From Methanothrix sp. (GTDB taxonomy: Archaea; Halobacteriota; Methanosarcinia; Methanotrichales; Methanotrichaceae): 64,000 nt of DNA. Position 1 is the stretch's first letter. Every line of letters begins with the position of its first letter. The stretch covers positions 2,048,001 through 2,112,000 of the forward strand of contig OY821645.1 of NCBI GenBank assembly GCA_963682135.1, given 5' to 3'. Both the position numbers and the translations under genes were made by a program. Positions 58,202 through 64,000 of the stretch are shown piece after piece. The notes under the pieces are model-generated. The model did no database searches. It saw nothing but the letters and a program-made list of their open reading frames with translations, and was not told the origin of the DNA.

Positions 58202-58600
58202 ATGGATTTTAGAGTAGTAGTCTCAGATCCGAAGAGCGGTAAAGCCTATCAGGTAGAGCTTAAGGATCCAGGAGCAGGCAAGCTTCTGGGAAAACATATC
58301 GGCGACAAGGTTGAAGGTGATGTTCTCGGCATGCCCGGTTACTCAGTACAGGTTACGGGCGGCAGCGATCGCGAGGGATTTCCCATGCGCGCAGATCTGC
58401 CCGGCACAAAGCGCAGAAAGATCCTGCTCTCCAAGGGAACCGGATATCATCCCGCAGCCGATGGAAAGAAGAAGAGAATGAGCATTCATGGAAGAGATAT
58501 TTCTCCAGATGTCGGCCAGATAAATGTCAAGGTTGTTGAGGCCGGCGCCAAGTCTATAGAAGAGTTGCTGGGCAAGGCACCCAAAGAAGAAAAAGCATAA
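58202..58600 (+). CDS. rps6e: 30S ribosomal protein S6e
   Basis: FRVVVSDPKSGK, TGGSDREGFPMR. Confidence 0.97.
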   Translation: MDFRVVVSDPKSGKAYQVELKDPGAGKLLGKHIGDKVEGDVLGMPGYSVQVTGGSDREGFPMRADLPGTKRRKILLSKGTGYHPAADGKKKRMSIHGRDISPDVGQINVKVVEAGAKSIEELLGKAPKEEKA

Positions 58601-58683
58601 TTTAGAGAATTCGGCGGGATGGCTGGTCCATCCTTCCGCGATTATTCATTTTATTGTATGAATTGTTTTTATTATAGTCGCTA

Positions 58684-59853
58684 TTAATCCTTAGAGTCCG
58701 ATCCGCCCAAAACCCAGGCGCTTGACGCGAGCGGCACGGGGATCTGAGCGCGCATTACCGATTTCATCTGCGCGGGACTGAGGGCGGCAAAGAGAGCATT
58801 CATGAGCCGGTCGCTCTTCATGGCCAGATCCACCATTTTCCTTATCTTAACCGATCGCGAAAGCTGTATTCCGAACTCTTCGCGAATGCGCGACGCATAG
58901 TTGGTGAGAGCCATTTCGCCCCGCAACTGACCTATTGCCACTTCTCCTGCGACTCTTCCCGCCACCACGGCCAATGGTATGCCTCCCCCGCTGGTAGCCA
59001 TGACGTGTCCGGCGGCGTCTCCTGCCAAGAGCATATTGCCTTTTTGGATAACACCAGAGGTCCCGCCCGAGGGAACCAAACCTCTCATGACGGCCAGAAC
59101 CTCGCCGCCTGCCAGTTTTTCTGCCGCGATAGGGTGCTCGCGAATGAACCGGCCCAGTATGATGGAAAGCTTTTGGCCGGCCATGTAAGACGCTCGCACC
59201 CCCACGCCCACATTGGCCCTGTCCTGACCGAGGGGAATTATCCAGGCATATCCTCCCGGAGCATAGTGAGCTGAGAAGTACATCTCCGCCGCATTTGCAT
59301 CGATATTCACATCAATCATCTCATATTCCAGGCAGATGCCAGTCTCTTGTATCGGATTTCCCATGGCCCGGGAGACGATCGAGTGCGGGCCGTCTGCGCC
59401 TATTATTATCTGTGGCCTGATCTTCCCGTTGAAGTGGCCGGAAAGCAGCACCATGCCTTCCTCAAGGCGGGCCCGGGTCGCGGGCAATACGCTTGCTCCG
59501 GCGCTCGCAGCACGGGCTGCAAGGTAGCGATCGTATGCCCGCCGGTCCAAGACCCGACCGGCCACAGCAAACTGCTTGCAGTCACATGATGGTGAATAGA
59601 TGCGCTGCAATTGGGTGCGATGCAAAATGTAACGCTCTGGAATCTCCCTTAGCGCCTCAGGCAGATGGGCGCGGGGCATTAGCTTCTCCAGCTCGAATGC
59701 TTCCGGGAGAAAACCGCCGCATTGCACGGGGCTGCCAATCTCGCTCTTCTTATCAACCAGCAAGACTTCCATGCCCGAAGCTGCGATCGCCTGCGCGGCT
59801 GTGCTGCCCGCCGGCCCTGCCCCTACCACTGCCACCATAATATCTTCATTCAT
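58684..59853 (-). CDS. Geranylgeranyl reductase family flavoprotein
   Basis: VVGAGPAG, PVQCG, GADG, PGGYAWIIP, GDAAG...GGGI. Confidence 0.9.
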   Translation of the reverse strand: MNEDIMVAVVGAGPAGSTAAQAIAASGMEVLLVDKKSEIGSPVQCGGFLPEAFELEKLMPRAHLPEALREIPERYILHRTQLQRIYSPSCDCKQFAVAGRVLDRRAYDRYLAARAASAGASVLPATRARLEEGMVLLSGHFNGKIRPQIIIGADGPHSIVSRAMGNPIQETGICLEYEMIDVNIDANAAEMYFSAHYAPGGYAWIIPLGQDRANVGVGVRASYMAGQKLSIILGRFIREHPIAAEKLAGGEVLAVMRGLVPSGGTSGVIQKGNMLLAGDAAGHVMATSGGGIPLAVVAGRVAGEVAIGQLRGEMALTNYASRIREEFGIQLSRSVKIRKMVDLAMKSDRLMNALFAALSPAQMKSVMRAQIPVPLASSAWVLGGSDSKD

Positions 59854-61733
59854 CTTGCCTTCATGCCCAAATCTGCCAGCGTTTCTTCTATCTCTTCATA
59901 AGCCAGGAAGAGTTCGTCCTTCAGCCTCTCTGTCTGCTCGCGCCTCGGCTCTGCGGACAGCCAGATATGGCTCTTATCACCGCGCACCATCTTGACGCAA
60001 GCCAGCATATCCGCCTGGGTGAGACGGTAGACTATGTGGCTTCCCGTAGGCGTAAACCAGACAGGATACTTCTGCATGATCTTGACCACAAAGCGCTCCC
60101 ACGGTAGCTCCCCCTCTCCCACATCTTTGGCGGCAGCATGGCTGACGGCCAAGTTGAGGTGAGATCGTTCTCCGGCGATCTTCTCATCTACGAGTGAGAT
60201 GACATCCAGGTAGCGCCTGCTCTTTCTGTCGGCTCGGGGTAGATCGCGACTGAAGACCTTCTCTGCAATCTCAGGAAAGAAGGCTGCTAAATGAATGTCA
60301 GGTTCCGGCTTTGTGGCCAATGAGACGCCGACAAAGAATAGAGCGCTCAAGGTCAGGCCTACCAGAACACCATGCTCGGTCAGATAAGGTGAGATGCTGT
60401 CCAGCGGCTGTTTCAGCCAGAATTGCTCATAGGTGATGAGAAGAATCTGTGTTCCGCCACCTGCTATGAGCGCTGCCATGGCCCCCCACCGGTTGGCGCG
60501 CTTCCAATACAGTCCACCGATGATGGGAAAGAAGTAGGACGTTGTGCCGATCACCGTGGCTATGATCACTGCATCGACAATGCTGTTAGCATTCAATGCA
60601 ATGGCCGCCGAGATGGAAATCATGACGATAACCAGAATTCGGTTGATGACCAGCATCTCCTTCATAGTGGCAGCAGGCCGCAAGTGCCTCTGGACCAGGT
60701 CGCGAGAGATACAGGAAGCTGCCGATGTGGCAAAGGTGTCGGTGCAGGACATTGATGCGGCAGCAAAGCCAATGGTAAGAAGGGCCAGAAGCCATCCAGG
60801 AACGTTATCGCTGATGAGCTTGAGATAGAGCATCTCCGCCTCAACCTCTCCCGTCGGCGGTGGATAAAGCACGGAAAGGCCGATGGCTGTAAGAAAGCAG
60901 CAGAGGTAGACCAGGGCCAGCAAAACGCTGCCCAGCATCAAGCCGCGCCGCGCGGAAGCGGCATCGCGCGCCGCCCAGATCTTCTGCCATGGGTCCTGTT
61001 CTGCCACCCAACCGGGCAAGAGGGCCACCAAAAAGACCAGGGCCCCCATCAGACCCCCCAGAAGGAGCGGATCCCACCATTCTGCGCCCAGAGCGGACGC
61101 CGCGACCTGCAAGCTCACGCCTTTGATAGCGGTTAGATCCAGAGCCAATGCGGCCACGTAAACTGCCAGGCCTGCCAGAAGAAGATACTGAACCACATCT
61201 GTCCAGACCACGGCACGAAAGCCGCCCACGCTGACATAAAGAGCAACGGAAACGGCCATGATGGCAACGGCATAGAAAGGATCGATGCCGAAAAATGTGC
61301 CCAGCACCAGCTTGAATCCAATGAAATCCGTCACTGAAAAGAGTATCATCATGATAGTGACCGCCAGGGCCACCGGGGCTCTGATCATGGGATCATATCT
61401 AATCTCCATAAGCTCGGGCTGGGTTAAGGCAGGAATGTTCTTGATCCTCCCCGAGATAGCGGCAATTATTATCAGTCCGGCGATATTGGGGAAGACCCAG
61501 ATCCAAATCGAACCTACGCCTATGAGCAGAAATAGTCCTGTGGCCAAGAGCAGTGCACTCGCCGTGATCCACGCGGATGCTGCGGAAAATCCGATGGTAA
61601 TAGGCCCCAGCTCCCTTCCCGCCAGCCAGAAGTCGGTTACAGACTTTTGTCGCCGGGAAAAATATAGACCGATGCCCAGTAAGACCGCAACGTAGATGAC
61701 GAGAAATATCAGGAATAACGAATAAGCATCCAA
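59850..61733 (-). CDS. Sodium:solute symporter family protein with C-terminal soluble extension
   Basis: DFWLAGR, YVSVGGFRAVVWTD, QDPWQKIWAA and multiple TM helices. TTG start after GAGGTG. Confidence 0.92.
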   Translation of the reverse strand: MDAYSLFLIFLVIYVAVLLGIGLYFSRRQKSVTDFWLAGRELGPITIGFSAASAWITASALLLATGLFLLIGVGSIWIWVFPNIAGLIIIAAISGRIKNIPALTQPELMEIRYDPMIRAPVALAVTIMMILFSVTDFIGFKLVLGTFFGIDPFYAVAIMAVSVALYVSVGGFRAVVWTDVVQYLLLAGLAVYVAALALDLTAIKGVSLQVAASALGAEWWDPLLLGGLMGALVFLVALLPGWVAEQDPWQKIWAARDAASARRGLMLGSVLLALVYLCCFLTAIGLSVLYPPPTGEVEAEMLYLKLISDNVPGWLLALLTIGFAAASMSCTDTFATSAASCISRDLVQRHLRPAATMKEMLVINRILVIVMISISAAIALNANSIVDAVIIATVIGTTSYFFPIIGGLYWKRANRWGAMAALIAGGGTQILLITYEQFWLKQPLDSISPYLTEHGVLVGLTLSALFFVGVSLATKPEPDIHLAAFFPEIAEKVFSRDLPRADRKSRRYLDVISLVDEKIAGERSHLNLAVSHAAAKDVGEGELPWERFVVKIMQKYPVWFTPTGSHIVYRLTQADMLACVKMVRGDKSHIWLSAEPRREQTERLKDELFLAYEEIEETLADLGMKAR

Positions 61734-61856
61734 GGTTTGTCCACCTCTGGCGGCTAGTATTTTGTGGTATTTAACATGTATGACGGGATGGTTTTTTGAC
61801 TGTAAGCAACTACTTAAACGGAGGAGTGGCAAGAGCCCTGAAAATGAGGTTTTTAA

Positions 61857-63503
61857 ATGAGGAGCGATGTCACTAAAGTAGGCAGAGAAAGAGCGCCTCA
61901 TAGGGCTCTCCTAAAGGCCACAGGCCTATGCGATGAAGAGATTCGTCGTCCCTTCATTGGAGTTGTCAACTCGTTTAATGATTTTATCCCGGGGCATATC
62001 CATCTCGACAAACTGGGTGCGGCAGTAAAAGCGGGCATACTCTCCGCCGGAGGCGTTCCCTTCGAATTCCAGACCATCGGCGTGTGCGACGGCATAGCCA
62101 TGGGCCATAAAGGCATGAGATACAGTCTGCCCAGTCGCGAGTTGATCGAAGACTCCATCGAGATCATGGCACAGGCCCATCAGCTAGATGGATTGGTAAT
62201 GATTCCCTCCTGCGACAAGATCGTTCCCGGTCATATCATGGCAGCAGGAAGACTGAACCTGCCCACCATCGTGGTCACGGGCGGGCCCATGATGCCCGGC
62301 TTTGCCTGCGACAAAGAGCTGGATCTGATCAACGTCTTTGAGGGCTGGCAGGCGGGAGGCGATACGCTTGATGCCCTGGAGGAGATGGCCTGTCCCGGTG
62401 CGGGATCGTGCGCCGGTCTATTTACCGCCAATACCATGGCCTGCCTAACCGAAGCTATGGGCCTATCCCTGCCCGGCTGCGCCACCACTCATGCCGTGGA
62501 CGCGCTAAAGATGCGCCAGGCGAAACTTTCGGGCATGAAGATCATGGAATTGGTGAAGCGAGGAATTACCGCCCGGCAGATAGTAACAAGCGAATCACTG
62601 GACAATGCCATTCGCGTGGACATGGCCATCGGCGGATCTACAAATACCGTTTTGCACGTAATGGCCATAGCTGCGGAGTTTGGCCTGGATCTGAATTTGG
62701 ACCGCTTCGACCAATTGAGTCGCGAGACACCCCATCTAGTCAACCTGCGACCAGGCGGTCCTCACCATATTCTCGACCTGGACCGGGCCGGCGGAATTCC
62801 CGCGGTCATGAACCGGCTTGGCTCGCTGCTTCATTTGGACACTCTTACCGTCACTGGCAAAAAACTGGGCGAGAACCTGGATGCCTTTAGGCCAGTCAAT
62901 CCAAAGACCAATAAGGCAGTTATAGCCACACTCGATGCCCCCGTGCATGTTCAAGGCGGCATAGCCATAATGTTTGGCAACCTGGCGCCCGAAGGGGCCG
63001 TGGTCAAGCAGACGGCGGTATCCCCACCCATGCTCAAGCATACCGGCCCGGCCAAAGTATACGACTCTGAGGAGGAATCCATGACAGGCATCGTAAACGG
63101 TGGCGTTGTGGCCGGCGATGTGGTGATAATAAGATACGAAGGGCCCAGAGGCGGACCGGGCATGAGAGAGACGCTCGCACCTACATCCGCCATTGCAGGC
63201 GCCGGCCTATCCGAATCAGTGGCTCTTATCACTGACGGACGCTTTAGCGGTGGAACCCGAGGCCCATGCATCGGCCATGTCTCTCCCGAAGCCGCGGTAG
63301 GAGGTCCCATCGCCCTTGTAGAGAACGGAGACATGATCTCAATAGATATCCCTGCCAGAAAAATCGATTTGCTTGTCGATCCCAAGGTAATGGAAATAAG
63401 AAAGAAGGCATGGGTTCCCCCCGAGCCCAAGATAAAGAGCGGCATTCTGGCCCGCTACAGAAACTCGGTCACCTCCGCCAGCAGAGGCAGTGTACTTCGA
63501 TGA
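61857..63503 (+). CDS. ilvD: Dihydroxy-acid dehydratase
   Basis: [45 protein letters not shown]. Confidence 0.97.
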   Translation: MRSDVTKVGRERAPHRALLKATGLCDEEIRRPFIGVVNSFNDFIPGHIHLDKLGAAVKAGILSAGGVPFEFQTIGVCDGIAMGHKGMRYSLPSRELIEDSIEIMAQAHQLDGLVMIPSCDKIVPGHIMAAGRLNLPTIVVTGGPMMPGFACDKELDLINVFEGWQAGGDTLDALEEMACPGAGSCAGLFTANTMACLTEAMGLSLPGCATTHAVDALKMRQAKLSGMKIMELVKRGITARQIVTSESLDNAIRVDMAIGGSTNTVLHVMAIAAEFGLDLNLDRFDQLSRETPHLVNLRPGGPHHILDLDRAGGIPAVMNRLGSLLHLDTLTVTGKKLGENLDAFRPVNPKTNKAVIATLDAPVHVQGGIAIMFGNLAPEGAVVKQTAVSPPMLKHTGPAKVYDSEEESMTGIVNGGVVAGDVVIIRYEGPRGGPGMRETLAPTSAIAGAGLSESVALITDGRFSGGTRGPCIGHVSPEAAVGGPIALVENGDMISIDIPARKIDLLVDPKVMEIRKKAWVPPEPKIKSGILARYRNSVTSASRGSVLR

Positions 63504-64000
63504 CCGGAATAAGGTGCTTTGTGGCCGTAGAGCTTCCAAGCCTCATGCGCGAGGAGATTGGAAGCCTGCAAGGCCGCATCGCGACGAAAGGCCTGCGGCT
63601 CGTGAGGCCGGAATTGGTGCATGTCACCATAAAATTCCTGGGTGACGTGCCGCAAGAAAATGTGAAGCTCGTGACCGAGGCACTGGGAAGAGTTAAGGCT
63701 GCACCCTTCCCGGCACGGGTTTCGGGTATGGGCGCTTTTCCTGGGAAGGCGGTACGTGTGGTGTGGCTTGGGCTCACAGGAAATTTCCAGGAGCTTTACA
63801 GGAATGTGGAGCTGGCCTTGGAGCCGCTGGGCTTTGCGCCCGAGGCTCGGGGCTTCTCTGCTCATGTAACCCTGGGCCGGGTGGCCCGCCCCAACCCAGA
63901 TATGAGCAGCCATCTGGGCGAAAGAATCGCAGAATTCTCTTCCTTGGACTTGGGCGGCTTCAATGTAGACCGATTCTATCTTAAGAAGAGCACACTCACC
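63500..64000 (+). CDS. thpR: RNA 2',3'-cyclic phosphodiesterase (2'-5' RNA ligase family), runs off the window edge
   Basis: ATGA overlap with ilvD. Reads [12 protein letters not shown] with two HxT motifs ([14 protein letters not shown]). Confidence 0.92.
   Translation, partial: MTGIRCFVAVELPSLMREEIGSLQGRIATKGLRLVRPELVHVTIKFLGDVPQENVKLVTEALGRVKAAPFPARVSGMGAFPGKAVRVVWLGLTGNFQELYRNVELALEPLGFAPEARGFSAHVTLGRVARPNPDMSSHLGERIAEFSSLDLGGFNVDRFYLKKSTLT

Overview
Archaeal chromosomal window, most likely from an acetoclastic methanogen of the genus Methanothrix (Methanosaeta); this is an inference from gene content. Core genes include a complete ACDS/CODH operon (cdhABC-cooC-cdhDE), coaBC-pok-pps, cobD-cbiB, iorAB, a homocysteine-synthesis pair, nrpR, rps6e, ilvD and three tRNAs (intron-containing Met, Glu, Gln). 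AT-richer patches carry secreted/surface proteins and collapsed IS200/IS605 relics. The most notable items are: (1) two paralogous ~57-58 aa Ala/Pro microproteins inside the ACDS operon that look like the detached C-terminal tail of the Methanosarcina-type beta subunit; (2) a tandem array of six related secreted, Cys-containing, beta-rich proteins plus a relic copy, probably the sheath-protein locus, showing CDS-limited homogenisation, variable loops, conserved long leaders and 3' hairpins resembling tRNA anticodon arms; (3) a five-gene sulfur-transfer operon (HTH regulator-larE-sufS-fdhD-ttuA). All functional calls are from motif recognition by eye; no database searches were run.
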